From Chrysomallon squamiferum (lineage: Eukaryota; Animalia; Mollusca), in contig CM022665.1 of assembly GCA_012295275.1 (NCBI GenBank), forward strand, positions 13,206,001-13,270,000: a stretch of DNA of 64,000 nucleotides, written 5' to 3'. Of this stretch, positions 12,311 to 25,018 are shown piece by piece. Under the pieces are notes generated by a model. The model had not been told where the DNA came from, searched no databases, and worked only from the letters and a program-made list of their open reading frames with translations. The stretch's first letter is position 1, and every line of letters begins with the position of its first letter. Both the position numbers and the translations under genes were made by a program.

Positions 12311-13058
12311 GTTTACATAGACCACTGAACAGCGAAAAGCGGGGGCTGACTGTGCGTTATATTAATGATGTATATTTTCTCGAGGCTTTATATTTACTTT
12401 CTGATTAATAATGTAACCAGATCATTTTTGTCTACAACTATTTTCGACTAACCAACAACCTGTTTTCCTCAGTAGGTTGAAAACGCCAAATGTCAAAATG
12501 ACATTAAGTGTTGCACATCAAATGCACGGCAAGGTCGCCATGTAGGAAACTGAATTTACGAAATATTTCCACATCTGTTTGATGTCTCAGAGAAAAGAAC
12601 CCAGGAATATCTATGGCTTGATAAGTAATGAGAAATATGAGCGTGACGAATGTTGCATCAAAAGGACATGGGTGAAAACCATTTCAAAATTGTCTAACGT
12701 CTCTAAACTGTAGAAATGAATGTTTGCTATTGGAGTGAAAGTGAAAGGCTGCGGAAGACTAGCAGTTATGATCCAGCTCGAAAACAATATAATAAGAAAA
12801 ATATTGTTACATAATTGTGAGTGACGGACGTTAACGTGGCGGATGTTACATTTTGTCGGCTGACGTAACATGAAGTTCTCTGTCCGTATTAAGCAGTGTC
12901 CGTTTTACTGCTGTAATGATAAAATCATTTTAATGGACGATTAAAATAAAAGAAAAAGAAAAAGAAGAAAGAAAAGAAAAGTAGAAAATAAAAAGAAGAA
13001 AACAAACTAATAAAACAAAAATACCTATGTCCATTGCTAGTAACACGTGTTACTATGG

Positions 13059-13089
<31 letters not shown>

Positions 13090-13810
13090 TGAAGAAGAAG
13101 AAGAAGAAAACAAAAATACCTATGTCCTTTGCCATTAAAAAGTATTGATGTATTGTTTAAAATATTCAGTCAGTTATAAACTGTAACAGAAGTCAGTTGT
13201 AACACAAGACACGTGTACAAAGACCTGTACTAAAAGGTCGGGTTTGATCTACGTAGTTAGTGTATGCGTGTCCACTAGTCATTGTCCGACAAAAAATGCG
13301 GTCAGCTCATGCATGTACAGTTTTGTTATACTGACATTGGGCACAGGCTTAGCGTATTTAACAATGATTTATTTACTTGGGCAATTTTTGTTTGTTTCAT
13401 TTTATATTGGTTTATTTTATTATTGTTGTCATTGTCGTTGACGTCATCATTAATTTATTAAAATAAATTTCAGAACAAAATTTTTAATTATTATTTCTTT
13501 CTTTTCTTTCTTTCTTTCTTACTTACTTCTTCTTCTTCAAATAAAAAAAAAAAAAAATAAAAAAATAAAAAAAAAAAAAATAATGTTGATATTTCGAAAA
13601 TATATAAAGATATTTGCATTTTTTCATAACTCCTGCACGAAATATTTTAGGTACTACTGAAACGAATGTTAGGGACTGCAAGACCTCTAACCCATTATGA
13701 CTTAAAGATAATCTGCTGCCAGCAGCAAATATTATGACTGAGTACAAACAGAGATCTAGACATAATATACTATTATATCATCAATTCCCTTGCGCAGGTG
13801 CATATATATT

Positions 13811-13860
<50 letters not shown>

Positions 13861-14499
13861 GTGAAAGGAAATAAATATAGGCCTATATACGATTACAAAA
13901 AGATAAGTATTTTAATTTAACAGTCCTGTACAGAATTTTTGATTTTACTGGAAAGGTACTGATAGCTTTTACTGTTATAAAGCAATATTATAATTAAATA
14001 TGACCTTATTCTGTATTTGTTTATTTTTAACATTACGGATATGTAACATCTATACTTTTTGAATCCCCTGCTCCTACAGACACCAATAGACAGATAATAT
14101 AAGCACAGAACTCGTATAATTATCCTTCGAACACAATGTCAGCCAAGTTGACATTGTGACAAATACCACACCACGTAATCATTGTAGAGAATATAACTTA
14201 TGCAAGTTATGTATATTCTTTTTTCTTCCATTCACACTCAGCGTCATGGAATATCTTTTTATAAATAGATTCATTTATTTTGTGAAACATTTGAAGCTGT
14301 TATGTTGATATAATATTATTATCATGTTCATGAAACGTCTATTTAAAATAATCTTTCAAGTACAGACTGAAAAGGTAACTTGTTTTTACAACTCCACGCC
14401 ACTTAACCCTATTTAGTTATGATTCTTGGGTGTTTTGTAAAACACAGTATTATAAAGAATTAATCATAAAAAGAGGTTTAAGAAAAAAAAATGAGGAAA

Positions 14500-14504
<5 letters not shown>

Positions 14505-14557
<53 letters not shown>
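14505..14557. repeat. (GA)n microsatellite
   Basis: Perfect run. (CA)n also occurs at ~13815-13858. Confidence 0.95.
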
Positions 14558-14562
<5 letters not shown>

Positions 14563-15760
14563 TTCGATTATAATATATTTAGCTCACACTTGAATAAAGC
14601 CAATGTATTAACCTTATTGAACGGGTCAATACCTATATGTCATGTAAAATTATCGTAAACTTGTATATGATTGACGAAACACGTGAATTTTTTTCTCTCT
14701 CTGAAGTTTTTCATTGTGCTTTCATTTGGAAGAAAACATTTACGGATACAAACGAGCATTAAAAACTCGAATATTGTGTATGTGAAAGCGATTACACGCT
14801 AGCTTTGAATACTTGGATATCATACAAGAAAACAGCGTTATGACAAGGTCAACAAGGTCACACTACTTTCTACACGACCTCTCTGAGGATTTAAATCTCA
14901 GAATGCCAGAGATCTCCAATGCCGCTGCCTGGAAGAGTGTCGCATGTCACGCGCTCTCTAACAATATTGCCCAAACTGCTACTTTTAACATGACGTATTA
15001 TCAATAACAGTGTAGTTATGTTCCTTTGATGTCTGTTTAAAGTAGTATAAGTTCTAAATATAAAAACCTTTCTTCTTTCCACCCTGCCTATGGGGAGACG
15101 AATGGATATAATATTAGCTGACAAATGAAAGGGTTAAGATGGTTCTTTGATCAATGACCATTAACAGTTTGTTTAATCATTAAAATGCAAGGACCTGGAA
15201 TATACAAAACTGAGAGATTGTGAACAAGAAGATAGAGCAGAAAATAATCCAGGAGTGCTGATAATCCAGGTGTGAAACATTTTGAGAGACTGTTGAGGTG
15301 GCCAAGGAAGAACTGATAAGATAAAGTGGTATGGGATACTCTTCGCATTTTAATTTCAAATATTTTTAAATATGAATAATAATATTTATGTGTTCATAAC
15401 ACTATATTATAATTATTTTAGTCTGAGTCGTGCTTATTTCTTAATAATTATGACAAAGTGCTTACTAACAGCATGTGATGAATGAGGAAAAGGTATGTCA
15501 GACTTATCTTTACCACCTGTGATCAGTTAATTCATCTGGTTTTGTGATTATTTATCTCTTAACTCAAACAAATAGGAAAGTAAGTGAAGATGTGCAAAAA
15601 TAAGCTGTTTTTTGGTTTGTTTGTTTTACAGTCATCGTGAAAAGTTCCAGTAACTTGTCAGTATAAGAAGTGTACACATTTCATTATCATTGTTTAGGAA
15701 TAATAAAATACTGAGTTAAATAAAATACTTTCATTTGATTAATTAATTAATTTATTTATT

Positions 15761-15794
<34 letters not shown>

Positions 15795-16316
15795 CTTTTT
15801 CTTAATATAATTACACATAATGTTGTTTAATTTTTAAAACAGGGTTTAAATTTACAATATCCGAAGAATCTACAACGCCTAGGCAAATACAAATATTTTA
15901 TTCTGATTTCCAAATTATTAAATAAAAATTAAAACATAACTTGAAATTAAAAAAAGCAATTAAAGTTTATTCATGTCAAATATAAGGCTGTTAAATCTAT
16001 TTATATATTTTATTTTATTTTCTTATTTTGAGTTCGTTTTGTATTAGTCATTTCAGCGATTTATTCTTTACTTGTACTCTCGTTATTTTATAGATCATTT
16101 ATATGTAACATTCTGTTTTAATAATGATAAAAATAAATCTTATTAATCATCCTTTTGATGCATAAAAAGTGGACGAGTGTGGATGAATTGTATGTTATTT
16201 AATAATAATAATAATGACGGAAATTTTAAGAACGGCCATTGTTTGCGAATATTATTAATAATGAACGATAAGCAAATGACAAAAAAGATTCGTTTAGTTT
16301 GTAGCAGTATTTTTGA

Positions 16317-16353
<37 letters not shown>

Positions 16354-17013
16354 TTTAACACCAACATGACGACAACCACCACCAATTGCCCACCTGATAC
16401 ACTAAAACAGTTATACACTGAAATGTTAAACCCACTTAATTTTATTTATGAGGCCTGTTTGAAAAATATCAAATACCACCAGAAAGATGACAATTTAAAA
16501 TAGTTAAGTGACTTTCAAATCCTGTTTGCAATTTGAGAATCAACAACAATTGTATTAATTATTCTACAAGCGGCCATTTTGGTAAAAATTCAATAGTTGA
16601 GGTAATACGACCGAAACCCGTGCACTTAAAGGAAATCCGACTTAATTCTGCAATGCAATGTTCAGGGATAAAAATTGTAAACTATTAATAATTATAACCG
16701 AGGAGGTCGCTTTTTATGTAACTGTAAACACACAAAAGAACTGTAAGTTCTGTTAATACGTTAATTATTGTGATTTGTTCCACATGAACTGACTGATAAA
16801 TTAACAATAAAACAAGGACGATAACGTATTTAGGTGTACCGCGTTTCCGCAAGAGCGAACTCGGGATATCAGGTTCTTGTTTTACGTCCGGTTAACATAC
16901 TTCACCAATCTTTACTGATTGCGACGTTGTTGTGGTCATTTCACCCTCTCATGCTGTTTGTTAAATTTAAATATTAAACACATTCAAAACTGGATTCAAG
17001 AACGCACGTCAAA

Positions 17014-17034
17014 ATGGATGCAGTTCACAAACAG
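17014..17034 (+). other. Candidate first exon end / upstream ATG of the 20-27 kb gene
   Basis: AAAATGG context, MDAVHKQ, then CAG|GTATTT donor, after a CpG-richer promoter-like stretch at 16.6-17.0 kb. Confidence 0.45.
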
Positions 17035-17257
17035 GTATTTGACATCGTTTTGAATTTTATTTGTAATTATTGCGCAAATTTTATGTTTTGATAAAAACAA
17101 ACAGAAAAGACGCATGTGATAATTTTGATAATGTAGAATAAGCAAATATAGAAATTTTACTTAGTTATATCATTGTGAATGTTTTGCCTGTTTTTATCTG
17201 CTTAGTACTCTCTTTCACTTTCTGCATACATACATGCATACATACACAAATACATAC

Positions 17258-17269
<12 letters not shown>

Positions 17270-17325
<56 letters not shown>
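17270..17325. repeat. (TA)n microsatellite flanked by (CATA)n and (TATG)n
   Basis: Read directly. Confidence 0.95.
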
Positions 17326-17337
<12 letters not shown>

Positions 17338-20027
17338 TTATGTATGTATGTAAAAATATTCCATCAATAACAACGGACAAGCAAATAAAGAAATTTTATT
17401 CTGTTATGTAAATTGTAAAACCAATTTTATTACATAATTTATATATAACACAAGGCAGAGTTTACCCGTATCAAATATTGTTTCACCATAACGTGTTAAC
17501 AGACGTCAGATCTGCAGGGTATATCAAGTTCAGGATAATTATCGCTACGTTATCAAATATTAGTTTGCCCTTTAAATACGACACCCGTTGTCTTGGTGAC
17601 TGTTCTGGATGATATGTTTCTTGTGTAAAAATATTTAATTCTTTATTTATTTATTTACTTGTTTACTGAAATAAATTTTTATTTTTAATGTTTTTATTTT
17701 TCTTCTTGACAAAACAATCTAGACTGGGCTATCTCCTGAAACACTTTTAATGTTAAAAGATACGCTAGAAAGTTAGCTGTGTTAACGATTCAGCGTCAGC
17801 GTATGAACCCTGTACCTGACAGTCTTCGGGACTTTGGCTTAACCAGCGATCTTGAAGGCTCTATTAATGTAGACTGAAATGTGAAGCCATTGAAGCAAAT
17901 AGCCATTTAAATGAAATCATTTTCTAATTTACTATTCCAGATCAATATTAATGTTAAAATTTATTAACACGAAAAGAGGATAAGTGTGTTATTTCTGTAA
18001 CAGCCAGTGCCCTGTAACTACTTCTAAAAATCCGTAATGTGTGTTTTGCGTCTTTGGTAAAGTGGAATAAAAACATCTCTTGTTAATCAATAAAAGTAGT
18101 ATGCTGATGGTTTTGCAGATGGCTTCCTTTCCAGTATTATTATCTAACAAAGATGCGTCTCTCATACAATGTAGCCATTCAAATTAAAACGTTTTGTTAC
18201 AATAAAATGTAAGCTATTAAACAGTTTCATTATAAACGAGTCATTAACTGGTAAATTAAAAAGTTAAATACACAGAGACGGCAGTAGAAATATCAACAGA
18301 ATTACACGTTCCTTGTGTCGTTCCGTGGTGTTAAAACTGATATCTGTGTGTTTAATCTTGAAGGGGTAGCGTATTACACAGCTGGAATTGCTAGCTGAAT
18401 GTACTGTCAAGTCAGATAATAACAAGTGGCTTATTTATGACAATTATTTTAACATATCTTTGTAAAACCCTTGTTCTTATTTCACTATGGTTTCGTGCTA
18501 ACATATTCCCCGGGCCTTCCTCTATATACATGTGTGCGTGTCTGTGTTTGTGTGTACGTTACTGAAAAAGGAATGGATGTTTAACATTTTAATTTTAATT
18601 GTTATTAGCTGTCAAATTTGTAGTTTTTGTATAATGATCAGAATGGAACTTATTCTTATCTGTTAGTATCAAGGTAGATTTTACAACATAATATTTATAT
18701 TTATCATCCCATAAATGCATATATGCATTTTTGTCTTCGTATGTGCGCACGTGTGCTTTTATGTATGTATGTGTGCATTCGTGCATGTATGTATGTATAT
18801 ATGAATTTGTGTGTATATATATATGTGTGTGTGTGTATATGTGTATGTATGGATAAGGAGTATATTATGTATCTATTAATATACTTAAGCAAGTAATTAT
18901 GTATGTATGTATGTATGTATGTATGTATGTATTTGTATGCATATATGTATCTGTATCTATGTATGTATATATATGAGTGTGTCTGTGTGCTGAAACTATT
19001 TACATCAACTTTTCATGTCCTTGAAGTATTAGTCATAAAAAGTTCGCTTTGATACTTTATACAAAGTTTGCAAATATTTAATGTATTCGTCGTTCAAGTA
19101 CATTAATAGTAATTTAATTATACCAGCACTATTTCTAATATCGCCACACAAGTAACTATTCCAGTATTTACCTTTGTATACTAATAGGTGCCTAACATTA
19201 ATGCCCAATTTACTTATTAATGATACTCAAAACATTTGAACAACATTCAGTAATAGCTTTCTTTATTTCACAATTTTTTCCCCGAAATCGATTTTTGCAT
19301 GGCTCGTTGATTTTTTGCTGTAATAAAATATCGAGGTATTTCTGTTCGGAATAAACAGGTAGCTACAAAAATCAATACCATTCTGTTCCAGAATTTCATT
19401 CTTAACCTTTACATAATGATAACGATCTTATTATTATCTAGACAAAAAAGGATTTAGAATTAAAAGAGGTTTGTAAAGTTTTTATCATTGATACTCTGTT
19501 GAATAATATTAACTATACTAAACGTACTTTTGATGTCTTGATTACATAATTATGCTGATGAAGTGAATATTTCAAACAGCTTACACAGGCTATGTAGATA
19601 TCAAATATGTGCAGGGTATACAATCCAAATCCGTTGAATTCTTGAAGTTAAGGAAACAAATTGTAGTCAATGAGATAATTTTTACAACTAAACCGGAATG
19701 GCTGTTATATATTGTATTCGGGTTGATATTGGGGGTGGGAAAGAAAAAAACCCAGATTGGTATGTATTATTTATTCGTTAGATATACGATATGTGTATGC
19801 CTGCTAATCGCAGGGATGGCTCTTTATCTTTAAATATTAATATAATTTATACGATGTTAAAAAACCCTGTTTATAACCATATATTGTAATAAAGAGTTGA
19901 AGGTATGCAGGTTATCCCATTTTACTACACATATGTGTTTATTTATTTACATGTCAGCCTTATTTATTTACTTATTTGTTTATATTTTTATATTATATTA
20001 TTTATTTCAGACAGCTGAGTTTCAAAC

Positions 20028-20732
20028 ATGGCAAGTGGTAAAGCACCATACGATGAGTCTGTGAAGGGCGCGCACAGACCAAGAGTAGAAATCAAACTGA
20101 CTCGAACCCAAATACTCAGACAGAAACTCGCCTTGAAGTCAAAACCAATCAGTGCAATCAGTGATACCCGAATAAAAATGTCAGATTCGGACATGTCAAA
20201 ACACGAAACGAAATCAAAATCGGAAACTCTTCTGACTTTGTCAGACGACGTTGCTGATGGAAAACAAACCGATGTAGTTCAGGCAGAAACGTCAGGTTTT
20301 CATAAACGGAAAACAACGAAATCCGTTTCCTCTATAAAAGATTCTTTGTCGCCTCGTATAAAAAGGAGAGAAATAGCTTCCGCTTCTCCAGCGCACAGTC
20401 CCCGACCTTCTACCAAAACAGTCCAGAAAATCCACGGCCACGACGACATCCACACGCCGACATCTGACAGCAGCGGCATGCGACAGGCTACCAAACACAG
20501 ACCGCTTTCATCCATGTCTTCTCTTTCACATTCCACAGATTCTGTAGGAAGCGGCTCCGGCTCGAAATTACCTTCTGTTCTGTCACCTACTGAATTATTT
20601 GACAGACGTTTTCCTATCAAGCTGACTCCTAGGGGATCCCAGAGTCCGTCCAAGACGATCTGTATTCCGGCACAGATCGTAACTGATCGGCTTTATACGC
20701 CAATAAATGCGAACGAGAAAAAGATTTTCTGA
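20028..20732 (+). CDS. Uncharacterised ~985-aa protein, first large exon, 5' frame
   Basis: 234-aa Ser/Lys-rich ORF with acceptor tttcag at 20010. It ends at TGA 20732, but coding-like sequence continues in the -1 frame. Confidence 0.75.
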   Translation: MASGKAPYDESVKGAHRPRVEIKLTRTQILRQKLALKSKPISAISDTRIKMSDSDMSKHETKSKSETLLTLSDDVADGKQTDVVQAETSGFHKRKTTKSVSSIKDSLSPRIKRREIASASPAHSPRPSTKTVQKIHGHDDIHTPTSDSSGMRQATKHRPLSSMSSLSHSTDSVGSGSGSKLPSVLSPTELFDRRFPIKLTPRGSQSPSKTICIPAQIVTDRLYTPINANEKKIF

Positions 20733-21489
20733 GACGAAAACACTGGCAACTGCCCAGTTCAAGCCAACGTTCTCGTAAATCGTCAGGTAAGAAAAAAGTC
20801 ATTACCATCAAAGCGACAAGCAATGAAGACGTCAGCGTTCCGGATTCCTCTCATTCTGAAGACGTTCCGGATACTTCTCAAACTGAAGACGTTCCGGATT
20901 CATTCAGCGTGGAAGACATTCCGGATTCATTCAGCGTGGAAGACTTTGATTATGACTGGTTGAACAGATCCGCGCGATCTGATACGGACCTGACTGTGAC
21001 GCCTCAGTCTTCTAAAGAAGAGACAAAACGAAAATACGGAAGGAGACTTTCCGATCCGGTAGGATTCAAGAACGAAACATCATTTTTAGAACAGGAAAAT
21101 CATATCGATGAAGGCTTCGCCCGAAATGGAATTTTCTTTCTCAAGGAATATTTTTCGAAAGATATCGACTGGTTAACAAAACAGATTAACTCATTTCTGT
21201 CGAAGATTAATCTGTCTCCTGTATATCCAGCGACAACCAACGGCGAAAGGTACGAAATCGAAACACGACCAACATTTACTAAACCAAAGACTCAAGAAGA
21301 TTCTTACGACGTATCATCAGCCTCGGAGGAAACAAAGATTGTATTAGATTCAGTAAATGATGTAGCCAGCGTCGTCCCTGCTGATGCCGTCTTTGGGAAA
21401 ATCGTCATCGTTGATACCAAGGATGTCGAAGTGACGACTGACACGTTGGCTGAAATGGTTGACGCGTGGACAGAGACATGGCAACACAT
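20687..21489 (+). CDS. Same protein, first large exon, 3' frame (-1 relative to the 5' part)
   Basis: Open from 20687 (...KCEREKDFLRRKHWQLP...) to the GTGAGT donor at 21490. Phase 2 matches the acceptor at 25018. Confidence 0.75.
20825..20946 (+). repeat. Coding minisatellite, about 4 copies of a 27-bp unit (EDVPDSFSV-like)
   Basis: GAAGAC(G/A)TTCCGGAT... repeated in frame. Confidence 0.85.
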
Positions 21490-21863
21490 GTGAGTATTTT
21501 TTATCAGTCTTACGTTTAACCGTGTTTTAAACAAATCATTTACCAGATACTTCCTTTGTGTGTTTTGATTTTACAAGTAGCTGAGAGTAATTTATAAACA
21601 GTTATGTGTTAATTGAGTATTTATAGAGTGTCTGAATGAGAGAAAGAAATAGAGAGAGCGTGTGTGTGTGTGTGTGTGTGTGTGTGACGGTCAGAGTGAG
21701 AGCTGTAAAAGAACAATTAAATATAATGTATTAAGTCTGTATATATTTTTGTGTGATTTCAAATACAGAGAAATAAATAAAACAGACACTCACGCTGACA
21801 AACATATAGACTGTTCGATCGATAGATACATACATATATACACACAGAGATAGATAGATACAA

Positions 21864-21865
<2 letters not shown>

Positions 21866-21921
<56 letters not shown>
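21866..21921. repeat. (CA)n microsatellite
   Basis: Read directly. Confidence 0.95.
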
Positions 21922-21928
<7 letters not shown>

Positions 21929-22105
21929 TACACATACATATGGATAGATAACTAGACAGATAGATAAATTAGAATCGATCCCACAACCTTTTATTCAGTC
22001 AAATATATATATATTTTTTTTTTTTTTCCCCTAGGAAAAAATTAAGCTCACGGTAGCCAGCAGTAAAAAAAAAAAAAAAAAAAAAAATAAAAATAAATGA
22101 ATGAA

Positions 22106-22169
<64 letters not shown>

Positions 22170-25018
22170 AAGAAAAAAAATTCTAATAATAAACGATCCC
22201 TTTGACTGACTGTCAAATTCAAACATTCCCCGTTTATACAGACCTTGGTGGTATCGCTTTTGTGACCATGAATAGCGTTTCTAACCTCTGTAGTGAGCTG
22301 AATTTCACACTATTGTCCACTGTCGAGCTTCATATATACAACCACTGGTGAATCACTTTGTGTGCCAGTTGTTATACTGAGCTCAAATGTTACGATATTT
22401 AACATAAATCTTGTTTAAAAAAATATAAATTTTTGACTCGCTGTTTGGAACATACAATCAATCTGTGATTATAAAAAAATATATATACAGTTCTTGCCAC
22501 ACAGACAGTATGTTATTTATTTATTTATTTATTTATTTTTTATTATTATTATTAACTAAAACAACAACAACAACATAATTATATGCAGTGTATAAAAACA
22601 TATTATTAAATACACAAAAGTCACATCCAATATATACATACATAACATAAACAATCACACCACACACATACATGCATGCATACACACACGCATACATACA
22701 TACATACACAAACATACATCTATACATCCATATATACTTACATACATACGTGTAAGCATTCACATACACTGTACGCACCGCATTATCAGTAATTAACTAA
22801 ATTCTTTGTATTAAATACTGGTTAAGCTGCAGATTTCTCAAAACAGAATATGTTTCTATGGTAATTTTATTCAGTTAGAATTAGTACGTTAATACCGTAC
22901 TAAATCGAAACACTTACTAGTTTCATTAGCAGACAAAACGAATAACTAACTAGCTAACCAAATAAATAAATAAATAAATAAATAAATAGCAAAACAAATT
23001 ACAAATATGAGTACTTTGTGAATAAACGGAAGCATTTTTTTATTTTTATTTTTTTATTTTTTATGTATGTATGAACATCTGGTCATGTACATATATCCGT
23101 TTGTATGCGCATGTATATTTTGGATGTACATAATATACGCATTTTCTTTAATTGTGTATATCATGCATACAAATTTACTGCACACGACTTTATCGGTCCC
23201 ATATATTATTTTGGACTGTATATCTATATAAATATCGCTAAGCTAGTATGCCACGGTGCAGTGTAAAAATTCGAAATCTTATCTCGCTGATTTAGGGTAG
23301 CTCTTAAAAAAAGAAGTAGAACAAAAAAAAAAAGATTTAGAGTGTGGTTGTCGTTGCTTAATACCTCGCGAGGAGCATTTACAAATCAGTTAATCCACCT
23401 AGGATTAGAAAACAGGTGAGTTAATTACAGGTTTTTTTTATACTTTCCGGTATGCTTAAAGTATTGATTACCAAAATAATAAGCTGTTACATGAACCCTT
23501 ATTTTCAATGGTGCAGTTCGTGTTAAAGATATTCTCTCTAATGTCGTAAAGTGTCAAATGTTGTTCTTTGGTTCAACATTTCACGGCAGCGTTCAAGCCG
23601 TTATATATAATTAACCTGCATGTTAATGTAAATATTTACGTATTAGGCTCTTAACTGCTAGTAAGAAAAAGAAAAAAAAAAAGAGAAAAGATTTTGCAAG
23701 CCCTTCCTTTACTTGAATTTGCGACGAACGTAATTAGTCTTATTTACTTTTTCTACATAAGCTCGTGTATATTTTAAGAGGTTTGTTGCTGGTGTGATTT
23801 TTGTGACTGTATACGTACTACTCTGTGTATGTACATTTGTTTAAGGGTGAGTAAGGATGCGTAAGAACATGTATGAATATGTATATTTGTGTGTTTCCGA
23901 GTGTCTGTGTTTGTGTGTGCGTGCGTGTGCGTATGTGTGTGCTACATGTATATATGTATTTAATAAAAAAGAACTGCCAGTTTCATTAGTTATATAATAT
24001 TTTGCAACATTCCACGATCTATAGCTACGGTAAAATTTTCTTTTAAGCAGCTTTGGAGATTATATATGTATTTAAGAATGGTAGTTGTAATTAGTAATCT
24101 TTTGGAATAAAGTGCCAACAAAAGCGTTAAATAATTTAATTATAATAAAGATTCGGAAATTTAAAATTTAATTCTCTATACTAAGTCAGAAACAGCAGAT
24201 ATTTTTGGTTAAGTGAAACCAATAAAATTTATATATTAGTTTTCTTTCACCGGTTAACAGAAGTGCAGTCTTGCATGTTCTTGACACTCAGAGTTAAGTA
24301 GAAATGAGAGAAACACATACTTTTGATAAACAAGCCAAGAAAGAATTAAATTGGTAATGCCACTGACGATCGATTTTTAAAACCATTATTATTACTGACA
24401 AATTCTGTACCACTGAACTTTATTTGCCATTCAACTGGTTATAAATATGTTATAATGTAGAGTAATACGTGATATTTAAAAATGTGGAATATGAGAAAGA
24501 TAGATACACGTTCCGTTAAATTATTTAAGAAAATGGGTTTAAAGTATATTTAACGCAGGTTAGTCGATTTCTGGTCATAATTATTTTGAAATCAGATTTT
24601 CAGGTAAGAAGTAATTTCTGATTTGGTTGGTATTTGTGTGTATGTGTGTGGGTTTATATCTATTTATATATGTACATGGATGTGCATGAAAATATGTATG
24701 CATATCTAATTGTGAACAGGTGAAATGTATGTATATGCGGAGTGTATAAGTTTACTAGGTTTAACCGATTCACAGTTAAGCTACTTACTGATGACATTAC
24801 TCACATAGTCTGAAAATATTTTTACATTTCGTTCTATTAACAGTATAAACAGGTAGTAAACATTTTGCAATTTAAATATTAAAATGCTTGTTATAGGTAT
24901 TAGACACTGAGATTTTTATTAACGTCTGACAGTTCAAGTAAAAAAAAACAGTTTACCCTTGCCAATATGTAACCTTCTGAATGACCGATACCTTTATCAA
25001 TACTGACGTCTGTTTCAG

